29,177 nucleotides of DNA from Acidimicrobiia bacterium (GTDB lineage: Bacteria; Actinomycetota; Acidimicrobiia; IMCC26256; DASPTH01): contig DASUMF010000438.1 in NCBI GenBank assembly GCA_036277835.1, positions 1-29,177 of the forward strand. The letters are read 5' to 3'. Positions within the stretch are counted from its first letter, which is position 1. Each line of letters opens with the position of its first letter. Below, one piece after another: positions 13,930 to 21,485 of the stretch. A program made the translations under genes and the position numbers. The notes beneath the pieces were generated by a model, which did no database searches, had not been told where the DNA came from, and was given only the letters and a program-made list of their open reading frames with translations.

Positions 13930-16031
13930 CGCAGGTCCTCTCTCGCGGCGGTGATGGTGACCGGCACGGCGGTCATCCACGGCATGAGGCTGACGGGCTG
14001 TCGGTGCTCGACGAGGCTCAGCAGCCGTGCGGGGCTCGGTGCGCGGGCGTGGGTCATCGACACTACGCCGGTCCGCAGCGTGTGGTCGGCCGCCGCCACC
14101 GTCGTGATCGCGCCGTGGTCGGACGTGACGTCGACGAGGTCGCCGTCGCGCACGCCGAGCATCGCGAGGTCGTCGGGGTGGACGAAGCACGGGTTCTCGG
14201 GTTCGTCGCCGGGCGCCCGCGGCTCGAGCGAGTTCATCGCCTGCTTGCTGCGACGCACCGTGAGGAGGAACGGTCGGCGGCGACGCGTCGCGGCGGCGCC
14301 CAGGCAGTCGTCGAGCGCGACGCGCAGCTCACGAGCGACGTCGTCGGCGAGCAGCTCGAAGCGCGCGTGCGGGTCGGTCTCCTCGGCGACGGTCGGTGGG
14401 CCGACGAACGTCGGCGCGACCTCCGAGAAGATCGCGCCGTGTGGCGCGCTGCGAACCGCGTCGTAGGGCACCTGCGCGCGCGAGGCGAACGATTCGAGGA
14501 GCTCCTCAGCGGTCGGGCGCGGCGCGCCGGGCTCCCAGACCCGGTCGCCGATGTTGAGGAGCAGGCCCATCCGCGAGGACAGCTCGAAGAAGAACTCCCA
14601 ATCGTCGATCACGTCCCCCGGGCGGGGGAGGATGGCGGGGGAGTGCTGCGCGAACGGCTCGGAGAAGAAGTGCTCGTAGCCGCGCGTGTGCTCGGGTCGC
14701 TCGAACGACATGGTCGGCGCGATGACGTAGTCCGCGAGCAACGCGGTCTCGCTGGGGAACGGGTCGACGGTGACGAGCAGGTCGAGCGCACCGAGCGCTT
14801 CGACGATCCGATCCGGGTCGGGGAATGCGGCCACGGGGTTGCCGCCCGAGACGATCAGGGCGCGGACGCGTCCTGGCCCCGCGTGCAGGATCTCGTCGGG
14901 GAGCGCTGGAGAGGGGAGCTCGCCCATGAGCGGCGCCACCCCGGTGTGCCCGAGATGGTGGCCGGGCGCGCCGTGGCGGGCCGGCGGGAGCGGTTGCGCC
15001 CGGAGCGTCCGCGCCCCACTGAGCACTCCCGAGCCTGCGTAGCGGTCGCCGGCACGCGGGTAGCGACCGCACACGACGTTGAGCGATTGCACGAGGTGCT
15101 CGGCCACGTTCGCGTGCGGCCCCATGTCCGGACCGGTGCCGCTCTTCGCCATGCCCCGGCTCGCCCGTCCGAACACGCGCGCCGCTTCGACGAGCAACTC
15201 GGCGTCGAGCCCGGTGACCGAGGCCGCGACCGCAGGCGTGATCGGGTCGACGAGCGCGCGCAGCGCGTCGAGACCCTCGACCCAGCGTGCGCAGAACACC
15301 GCGTCGTGCAGGCCTTCCGCGAGGATGACGCGCAGCAGCGCCGCGAACAGCACGACGTCGGTGCCCGGCACGAGTTGCAGGTGGACATCCGCGTGCGCGG
15401 CGGTCTCGGTGTGCCGTGGGTCGACCACCACGAGCTGCAAGCCGCGCGCGCGTGCCTCCTCGAGACGGCGCAGGCCGTCGTGCACGGGAAAGCCGGTGAG
15501 ATCGCCGCCTTGCATCGACACCAGCGGGTTGGTGCCCGCGAGCAACCACACGTCGGCGTCCTCGAAGCGTTGACGGCCGCCGCCCCACGCGCCGAGTCGC
15601 GTCTCCGCAACCCACTTCGCCGACTGGTCGATCGTCATCGTCGAGTAGCGCTGGCGTGACCCCACTGCGCGCAGCCACGCGCCGGCGAAGCTGTAGGTGA
15701 GCGACGCCGTGTAGGTGTGCGTGCCGACGAACAACGCGATCGAGTCGGGGCCGTGCTCGTCGAGGATGGCGCGCAGCCGAGCCGCGATCTCGTCGATCGC
15801 GGTGTCGGTGCCGATCGGCTCGAGGCCGTCGTCACCGCGTCGCTGCGCGGTGAGGAAGCGATCGGGCGCGTGGTGCAACGCGCCGAGGTGACGCCCCTTC
15901 GTGCAGGTGAACCCGCGCGTCAGCGGGTGGTCGGGATCACCGGCGACGTGCGTGACGCGGCCGTCCTCCACGTCGACCAGCAGCCCGCACAGCGGCGAAC
16001 AGATCCGGCAGTGGGAGACGAACCGCGTCAC
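13926..16031 (-). CDS. Molybdopterin (Mo-bisPGD) oxidoreductase with N-terminal 4Fe-4S site, cytoplasmic
   Basis: CRICSPLCG..V.VEDG...V.GDPDHP...GFTC.KG, AGTNP..S, VVVDPR.TETA..AD, PGTD, SGGNP, ET...ADY, HPDD...LG..DGD.V; start placed at GTG 16031; no Tat signal. Confidence 0.9.
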   Translation of the reverse strand: MTRFVSHCRICSPLCGLLVDVEDGRVTHVAGDPDHPLTRGFTCTKGRHLGALHHAPDRFLTAQRRGDDGLEPIGTDTAIDEIAARLRAILDEHGPDSIALFVGTHTYTASLTYSFAGAWLRAVGSRQRYSTMTIDQSAKWVAETRLGAWGGGRQRFEDADVWLLAGTNPLVSMQGGDLTGFPVHDGLRRLEEARARGLQLVVVDPRHTETAAHADVHLQLVPGTDVVLFAALLRVILAEGLHDAVFCARWVEGLDALRALVDPITPAVAASVTGLDAELLVEAARVFGRASRGMAKSGTGPDMGPHANVAEHLVQSLNVVCGRYPRAGDRYAGSGVLSGARTLRAQPLPPARHGAPGHHLGHTGVAPLMGELPSPALPDEILHAGPGRVRALIVSGGNPVAAFPDPDRIVEALGALDLLVTVDPFPSETALLADYVIAPTMSFERPEHTRGYEHFFSEPFAQHSPAILPRPGDVIDDWEFFFELSSRMGLLLNIGDRVWEPGAPRPTAEELLESFASRAQVPYDAVRSAPHGAIFSEVAPTFVGPPTVAEETDPHARFELLADDVARELRVALDDCLGAAATRRRRPFLLTVRRSKQAMNSLEPRAPGDEPENPCFVHPDDLAMLGVRDGDLVDVTSDHGAITTVAAADHTLRTGVVSMTHARAPSPARLLSLVEHRQPVSLMPWMTAVPVTITAAREDLR

Positions 16032-16057
16032 GACTCCATTCGGGCCTCGCCCGCCGG

Positions 16058-16963
16058 TCAGAGGTTGCCGACGCGGAAGGGCGGGACACCCGAGTCGCGA
16101 TCGGCGAACAGCGTGGCGCGCCCGGCGTTCAGGGCGTCCAACGTCCAGATCTGATCGGACGTGATCTGCGTCACCGGCGTCCACCCCTGCACGATCTGCG
16201 CGACGCCACCGGCGATCTTCAGCACCTGCCCGCTGATGCCCTCCGCGAGCGGCGACGCCAACCACACCGCGCCCGCTGCCGGGTTGTCGGGCGACAGCAT
16301 CGGGTTCTCGGCCATCTCCTCGCCCTGGCCGACGGTGCCGAGGAGCCGGGTGGCGGCAACCGGCGCGATCGCGTTCACGCGCACGCCCGAGCGCTCGAGC
16401 TCGCGGCCGAGCACGATCGTCATCGACGCGATGCCCATCTTGGCGGCGGCGTAGTTGACCTGTCCGGCGTTGCCGTACAGCCCCGACTCCGACGACGTCA
16501 TCACGATCGCCGCGTTCGCCGGCTCGCCACTCGCCTTGGCCTTCTCGCGCCAGTAGCGACCGGCGAAGTGCGACGGCGCGAAGTGGCCCTTGAGGTGCAC
16601 GCGGATGACCGAGTCGAACTCGTCCTCGGACATGTTGAAGCTCATCTTGTCGCGCAGGATCCCCGCGTTGCAGATGAGCACGTCGAGACCGCCGAACGTC
16701 TCGATGGCCTGGTTCACCATGCCCTCGGCGCCGGCCCAGCTCGAGCAGTCGTCGTAGTTCGCGGCGGCGTCGCCGCCGGCCGCCTTGATCTCGTCGACCA
16801 CCTGCTGCGCGGGGGTCTGGTCGGCGCCCTCACCCGCGCCGGAGCCTCCGAGGTCGTTCACGACGACCTTCGCGCCCTCACTCGCCAACAGGAGGGCCTC
16901 GGAGCGCCCGATCCCGCGCCCTGCACCGGTGACGATCGCGACCTTGCCGTCGAACACGCCCAT
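16058..16963 (-). CDS. Short-chain dehydrogenase/reductase (3-hydroxyacyl-CoA dehydrogenase/FabG-like)
   Basis: TGAGRGIG, NAGILRD, TSS, NYAAAK (YxxxK), VRVNAIAP; GAGGGG RBS before ATG 16963. Confidence 0.92.
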   Translation of the reverse strand: MGVFDGKVAIVTGAGRGIGRSEALLLASEGAKVVVNDLGGSGAGEGADQTPAQQVVDEIKAAGGDAAANYDDCSSWAGAEGMVNQAIETFGGLDVLICNAGILRDKMSFNMSEDEFDSVIRVHLKGHFAPSHFAGRYWREKAKASGEPANAAIVMTSSESGLYGNAGQVNYAAAKMGIASMTIVLGRELERSGVRVNAIAPVAATRLLGTVGQGEEMAENPMLSPDNPAAGAVWLASPLAEGISGQVLKIAGGVAQIVQGWTPVTQITSDQIWTLDALNAGRATLFADRDSGVPPFRVGNL

Positions 16964-17056
16964 TTGGTCCGTCCCCTCGTCTGCGTCTGCGGCCACGACC
17001 ACGGCCTCTGAGGTCACGGAACCTAGCGAGTCGGGCGCGTTCGGGGCGAGTGGGCC

Positions 17057-17062
17057 TAGGGT
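17057..17062 (+). promoter_or_regulatory. -10 hexamer TAGGGT, leaderless-type, for the Nudix-like gene
   Basis: TANNNT exactly 6 nt before ATG 17069. Confidence 0.55.
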
Positions 17063-17068
17063 CACCCC

Positions 17069-17731
17069 ATGGTCGACAGGCCGAGGGACACGCCGGACGA
17101 CGGGCCGGTGCGGGAGCGGCTGTTCCCCGACGCGCGGGGGTTCTCGATCCGTGAGGTGCGCGAGCTCTGCGCGCACCTGCCGAAGCCGGAGCTGCGCAGG
17201 CTGCACCACGACGTCGACGAGCCGACCCTCGCAGCCACTGCGGTGCCGATCGTCGATGTCGACGGCGAAGCCGCGGTCGTGATCGTCAGGCGCTCCGCGA
17301 CCGTGGAGAACAACCCGGGCATGTGGGTCTTCCCCGTCGGGCGCGTCGATCGCACCGACGCGACGATGGCCGGTGCGGCGCTGCGGAACGCCGCGGAGCA
17401 ACTCAGCGTCCCACGGGACGACGTGGAGCTGCTGGCGCAGCTCGAGACCCACGGCCCGGTCATGAACGGCTTCCTCGTGTCGACGTTCGTGGTCGAGCCG
17501 CCCGAGGGCTTCACCTTCACGCCTCCTCGTGCACTGGTGAGCGAGCTCGCCGTGGTGCCGCTCGCACACTTCATGGCCGAGGGTCGCTTCGGTGACCGCA
17601 ACCTGCCGGACGGCGGCACGATGGCGTCGTTCGCGCTGCCCAACGGTGAGCTGCTCTGGGGGTTGCAGGCCGAGATCCTGTTGGATCTGCTCGAACGCCT
17701 GGTGCGCGACCGGGTCGATCACACGGCCTGA
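17069..17731 (+). CDS. CoA-pyrophosphatase-like Nudix-fold protein with a degenerate Nudix box
   Basis: AATAVPIV, V.RRS....NPG.WVFP.GRVD..D.....ALR, GFLV..FV, C-terminal LWG..A.IL match the CoA-pyrophosphatase layout, but the box reads RNAAEQLSV. Confidence 0.75.
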   Translation: MVDRPRDTPDDGPVRERLFPDARGFSIREVRELCAHLPKPELRRLHHDVDEPTLAATAVPIVDVDGEAAVVIVRRSATVENNPGMWVFPVGRVDRTDATMAGAALRNAAEQLSVPRDDVELLAQLETHGPVMNGFLVSTFVVEPPEGFTFTPPRALVSELAVVPLAHFMAEGRFGDRNLPDGGTMASFALPNGELLWGLQAEILLDLLERLVRDRVDHTA

Positions 17732-17746
17732 CCCGAGCGGCCAGAG

Positions 17747-18268
17747 CTACGCAGGCTCGTCGAGCTCGGACGCGAGGAGGTCCATGAGGAGGCCGTCGTG
17801 GAAGCGGCCGTCGGCACCGCGCTCGTACTCGCGCATCACGCCGACGACGCGGAACCCGACCTTCTCGTAGCAGCGGATCGCGCGCGCGTTCGCCGCGGCC
17901 GGGTCGATGATCAGGCGGTGGTGTCCGCGCGCGGCCACGAGGTGACGCGCGAGCGTGCGGACCGCGTCGGTGCCGAGGCCGCGGCCGTGCACGTCGGGGT
18001 GCAGCGCGACGTCGATCCCGGCGTGTCGGTACTCGGGATCGAGCTCCTCGTAGTACTGGATGAAGCCGACCGGTCGATCATCCTCGAGCACGAGGAACGA
18101 GTGCTCCGTCGCGCTCGTCAACGTCTCGCGGAGCGAGTCGAGGGTCTCGCCCGGCCACCACTGCGACACCTCCGGTCGCGAGAGGATCTCGAGCACGACC
18201 GGCGCGTCGTCGACGGTCGCAGGACGCAGCAGGACCTGCGCGCCGACGACGGTCGGATCGTCGTGCAC
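17747..18268 (-). CDS. GNAT N-acetyltransferase (RimJ/AAC(6')-like fold)
   Basis: GFIQYYEE, HAGID..L....HGRGLG, IDP...NARAIRCYEKVGF. Confidence 0.88.
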   Translation of the reverse strand: MHDDPTVVGAQVLLRPATVDDAPVVLEILSRPEVSQWWPGETLDSLRETLTSATEHSFLVLEDDRPVGFIQYYEELDPEYRHAGIDVALHPDVHGRGLGTDAVRTLARHLVAARGHHRLIIDPAAANARAIRCYEKVGFRVVGVMREYERGADGRFHDGLLMDLLASELDEPA

Positions 18269-18269
18269 G

Positions 18270-19463
18270 TCAGCTCAGGGTCTTCGACGTCGCCTCGCCG
18301 CCTTCGGGTCTCGTGGCGCCACCGCGCTCCGCGTCGTGCTGGGCGATCATCTGCTGCGCGGCGCTCACCCGCTTCTCGACCAGCTCCGACTGGTGCTTCG
18401 TGACCCACTCGTACGAGCGCTGGCGGTTGTCGTTGGCGCGTGAGAAGTGCGGGATCACGTATTGCGCGTACAGCTCGAACGAGCGTCGGATCGCCGGCCA
18501 GTCGGTCCAGTTGTTCACCATCACCAGGACGGCGCCGAACTCTCCCTGCTTCTCGTAGAGCCGCTCGATGCGCGCGATCGCGTCGTCGGGTGTGCCGACC
18601 ACCGCGATCTCGTGCTCGAGCACCCAGTCGACGTAGTCGACGCCCTCGGGGACGTCGAAGCGCGGTTGGTTGTTGTTGAAGTAGCGGATGTTCTCCTCGC
18701 AACCCCAACGAATGCTCTCGATCGCCTGCTCGCGCGTGTCGGCGAGGTGCATCTGCACGACGCACCGCAGGCGGCTGCGGTCCATCTCGCGTCCGTGCTC
18801 GGCGGCGATCTCGCACGCGACCTCCCAGTTGGTGGCCAGCGCGTCGAACCCGGCGCGGTCGCCGGCCGCCACGCACAGCATTCCGAGGTCGTGCAGACCT
18901 GCCATGCGGCCACCCGACGGCGTGACCGCGCTCGCCACGCACACCTCGGGGTGGGGTTGCGTGTAGGGACGCAGGTGCGTGTGCGCGTCGCGCATCGTGT
19001 ACCAGTCGGTCGTCTCGGTGACGAACTCGCCGCGGAAGAGCCGCAGGATGACGTCGATCCCCTCGGCCATCCGGCGGCGCGTGTCCTCGGGCTCGATGCC
19101 CATCATGAGCGCGTCGGACGCCAGCAGTCCGGGGCCGGCGCCGAACATCACGCGCCCGCGGGTCATGTGGTCGAGCTGGATGATGCGGTTCGCCACGTTG
19201 AGGGGATGGTGGTAGGGAAGTGACACCACACCGGTGCCGAGACGCAGGTGCTTCGTGCGCTGCGCGGCGGCTGCGATGAACATCTCGGGTGAGTCGATCG
19301 TCTCGAGCCCGCCCGAGTGGTGCTCGCCGATCCATGCCTCGTGGAAGCCCAGCTCGTCGAGCAGCTCGCAGAGCTGGAGGTCGCGCTCCATCGCGAGCGT
19401 CGGGTTCTCGGCGAGGGAGTGGAACGGCGCGAGGAACACGCCGTGGCGGAGCGGAATGGTCAT
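18270..19463 (-). CDS. Luciferase-like (LLM) flavin monooxygenase, limonene 1,2-monooxygenase (LimB)-like
   Basis: G.FLAPFH...ENPTLA.ERDL, EAWIGEHHS.G.E.I.SPE.FIAAAAQRTK..RLGTGV.SLPYHHP, LDH.TRGR..FG.GPG.L..DA. Confidence 0.85.
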   Translation of the reverse strand: MTIPLRHGVFLAPFHSLAENPTLAMERDLQLCELLDELGFHEAWIGEHHSGGLETIDSPEMFIAAAAQRTKHLRLGTGVVSLPYHHPLNVANRIIQLDHMTRGRVMFGAGPGLLASDALMMGIEPEDTRRRMAEGIDVILRLFRGEFVTETTDWYTMRDAHTHLRPYTQPHPEVCVASAVTPSGGRMAGLHDLGMLCVAAGDRAGFDALATNWEVACEIAAEHGREMDRSRLRCVVQMHLADTREQAIESIRWGCEENIRYFNNNQPRFDVPEGVDYVDWVLEHEIAVVGTPDDAIARIERLYEKQGEFGAVLVMVNNWTDWPAIRRSFELYAQYVIPHFSRANDNRQRSYEWVTKHQSELVEKRVSAAQQMIAQHDAERGGATRPEGGEATSKTLS

Positions 19464-19469
19464 GACCAA

Positions 19470-19475
19470 ATGCTA
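19470..19475 (-). promoter_or_regulatory. -10 hexamer TAGCAT, leaderless-type, for the LLM monooxygenase
   Basis: TANNNT exactly 6 nt before ATG 19463. Confidence 0.55.
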
Positions 19476-19503
19476 CGGCGAGCGTCTGCGGCCGCGCCTG
19501 CCG

Positions 19504-20541
19504 TCACGCTCGTGAACGCGCCACCATCGCAGGGAGATCGGCGAGCTCGCGCAGCTCGTTGGTGAGGTGGGTGCAGCTCTCGATGCCGAGCAGCGTGCGT
19601 TGCACGGTGGCGCGGAGGTCCTCGACCCGGTGCCCCGCGAGCTTGCCGACCGCGTCGGCGGCCGCCGGGCACTCGCGCCACGGGAGCGCGTGCGGGATCG
19701 CGCGCACGTCGAGCAACGTGTGGGTGGCGGGGTCGACCGTGGCCTCGACGGTGTACTCGTGCAGGGAGCCGAGCGTGCCGTCGGGTGCGCAGTAGGTGTC
19801 GCGGAACCACGCGTCGACGTGCCACGCGTCGGGGCCGGGGAGCACGTCGATGCGGCGGTGTCGCCGCAGGCCAGGCGAGGGGATCGGCGCGCTCGGCCAC
19901 CCGTCGCTGCCGTCGGGGAGCAGCGCGACGGCGGGGATCGGGTGGAAGCGCATCGGCTCGCCGGCGCGGATCATCACCATCATCGTGCCGTCGGAGCGCC
20001 ATCCCGAGCAGAGGTCGGCCTGGCCGCGCTGCAGCGCGTCCGCGGCGTCGACGGGTGAGACCTCGGGCGGAGGCGGCGCGGCGGCGACCATCGCGGCCGC
20101 TTCGTCCGCGTCGAGCGGTTCGGTGCTCATCCGGAGCGCCGTCACGTAGCTGGCCGCGACCATCGCGCCCGAGATGTCGTCGAGGAGCAACCCGACGTTC
20201 GACCCGTCAGGCGTGAAGTGGCTCCGGCTGAGGGCACGGAAGCCCTGGCGCAACGGGTGTCCGACGAACGCCGCGGGATCGAACGGTGCACCGTCCAGCG
20301 CGAACTCGGTGATGAGCCCCGCCGCTGTGACGACGTGCATGGTGGTCTCGTCGTCGACGCGCACCGAGCCGTCGGGCAACGAGGTCTCGTCGCGCGCCGC
20401 GCCGCGCACCACGACGTCGATGGCGTCGACCCAGTCGTAGTCGAGGTGCATCACGCGCCGCACCGACCCGGGCACGCGCGTCGGGAACGAGCGCCGCGGA
20501 TCCTCGGGACGCGTCATCGGCGTCACGCCGGCTGCGCTCAC
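19504..20541 (-). CDS. DUF2889-domain protein
   Basis: C-half RRHRRIDV, DAWFRD, HEY.V.A.VD, LPWRECP.A, G.ESCTHL; N-half LLLDD.SGA and DLCSGW; GTG 20541 overlaps the ECH stop (GTGA). Confidence 0.75.
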   Translation of the reverse strand: MSAAGVTPMTRPEDPRRSFPTRVPGSVRRVMHLDYDWVDAIDVVVRGAARDETSLPDGSVRVDDETTMHVVTAAGLITEFALDGAPFDPAAFVGHPLRQGFRALSRSHFTPDGSNVGLLLDDISGAMVAASYVTALRMSTEPLDADEAAAMVAAAPPPPEVSPVDAADALQRGQADLCSGWRSDGTMMVMIRAGEPMRFHPIPAVALLPDGSDGWPSAPIPSPGLRRHRRIDVLPGPDAWHVDAWFRDTYCAPDGTLGSLHEYTVEATVDPATHTLLDVRAIPHALPWRECPAAADAVGKLAGHRVEDLRATVQRTLLGIESCTHLTNELRELADLPAMVARSRA

Positions 20542-21296
20542 TTGCCGGTCCACTGCGGCGGTCGTCGCTCGGCGAACGCGGCGGCGCCTTCACGCGCGTC
20601 GTCGCTCGCGAACACCGGCGACGCCTTCGACCGGATGGCGCGCCACTCGTCGGCGTCGTGCATCCCCGCCTCGTCCCAGAGGAGCTGCTTGGTCATGTGC
20701 AGCGCGAGCGGTGCGTTGGCGGTGATGCGATCGGCGAGAGCGAGCGCGGCGTCGAGGACCTCGTCGCCCGGCACGACCTGGTTCACGAGACCGAGCTCGA
20801 GCGCGCGGGTCGAGGAGAACGCGTCGCCCACGCAGCAGAGCTCGAACACGATCGCGGGTGGGAGCCGTGCGGCCAGGCGGGTCGTGCAGCCCGCACCGAC
20901 GAGGCCCCGCTTCACCTCGGGGACCGAGAACGTGGCGTGCTCGGCCGCGACGACCATGTCGGAGGCCAACATGAGCTCCAGGCCCCCACCCACCGCGGCG
21001 CCGTTCACCGCCGCGATGACGGGCTTCGGGTAGCAGCGGGTGGTGAACACCTCGATGCCCGGCATGCCCGGAGGGGTGACGCGTTCGTCGCCGACCGCCT
21101 TGAGGTCGGCTCCGGCGCAGAACACGTCGCTGCCCGCACCGGTGAGGACGACGGCGCGCACCGCCGGGTCGTGCTCGGCGTCGGTGAACGCCGTGCCGAT
21201 GCCGCCGAGCGTCGCGCCGTCGAGTGCGTTGCGGCGCTCGGGTCGGTCGATCTGCACGACGACCGTGCTGCCGTGGGTCGACACGTTGACGGGCAC
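20538..21296 (-). CDS. Enoyl-CoA hydratase/isomerase (crotonase)
   Basis: DRPERRNAL, FCAGADL, KPVIAAVNG.AVGGGLE, PEVKRG (both catalytic Glu present), DAREGAAAF.ERR.P; GGAG RBS. Confidence 0.93.
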   Translation of the reverse strand: MPVNVSTHGSTVVVQIDRPERRNALDGATLGGIGTAFTDAEHDPAVRAVVLTGAGSDVFCAGADLKAVGDERVTPPGMPGIEVFTTRCYPKPVIAAVNGAAVGGGLELMLASDMVVAAEHATFSVPEVKRGLVGAGCTTRLAARLPPAIVFELCCVGDAFSSTRALELGLVNQVVPGDEVLDAALALADRITANAPLALHMTKQLLWDEAGMHDADEWRAIRSKASPVFASDDAREGAAAFAERRPPQWTGK

Positions 21297-21307
21297 GGCA
21301 TCTCCTC

Positions 21308-21343
21308 CATGTCTTCAGGCATGTCTTCAGGCATGTCTTCAGG
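21308..21343. repeat. Perfect 12-bp tandem triplication next to the ECH RBS
   Basis: CATGTCTTCAGG x3 (21308-21319, 21320-21331, 21332-21343). Confidence 0.95.
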
Positions 21344-21425
21344 GTCGCTCACTTCGCAGTCTGGTCCGTGTCCGTCGGTGCCACCAACGCATCGACCCCG
21401 TCGTGGCCCGACGCGGCCACGACCG

Positions 21426-21455
21426 TTGAGAAGTTTGGCTCCGTCGAACTACGCT
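21426..21455 (+). promoter_or_regulatory. Promoter TTGAGA-N18-TACGCT with candidate TetR operator O1 (21432-21450) in the spacer
   Basis: AGTTTGGCTCCGTCGAACT, 15/19 identical to the palindrome at 23156-23174. Confidence 0.65.
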
Positions 21456-21485
21456 CCCGCGCTGCCGGCGACCAGGGAGTGTGCC

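Noticed and set aside
13926-16031. Formate dehydrogenase, nitrate reductase or selenoprotein call for the Mo enzyme
   Set aside because: No Cys/Sec-His ligand motif, no in-frame TGA and no partner subunits or Tat signal
17747-18268. Aminoglycoside resistance gene call for the GNAT
   Set aside because: Only fold-level resemblance; no mobile or integron context and it is embedded in a metabolic unit
21308-21343. CRISPR-like array
   Set aside because: Units are directly adjacent with no spacers, only 12 bp long, and no cas genes are present
21005-21352. Out-of-frame ORF MSDPEDMPEDMPEDMEEM... made from the 12-bp repeat
   Set aside because: Overlaps about 290 nt of the ECH in another frame, and the remainder is shadow-like; not called without ribosome profiling
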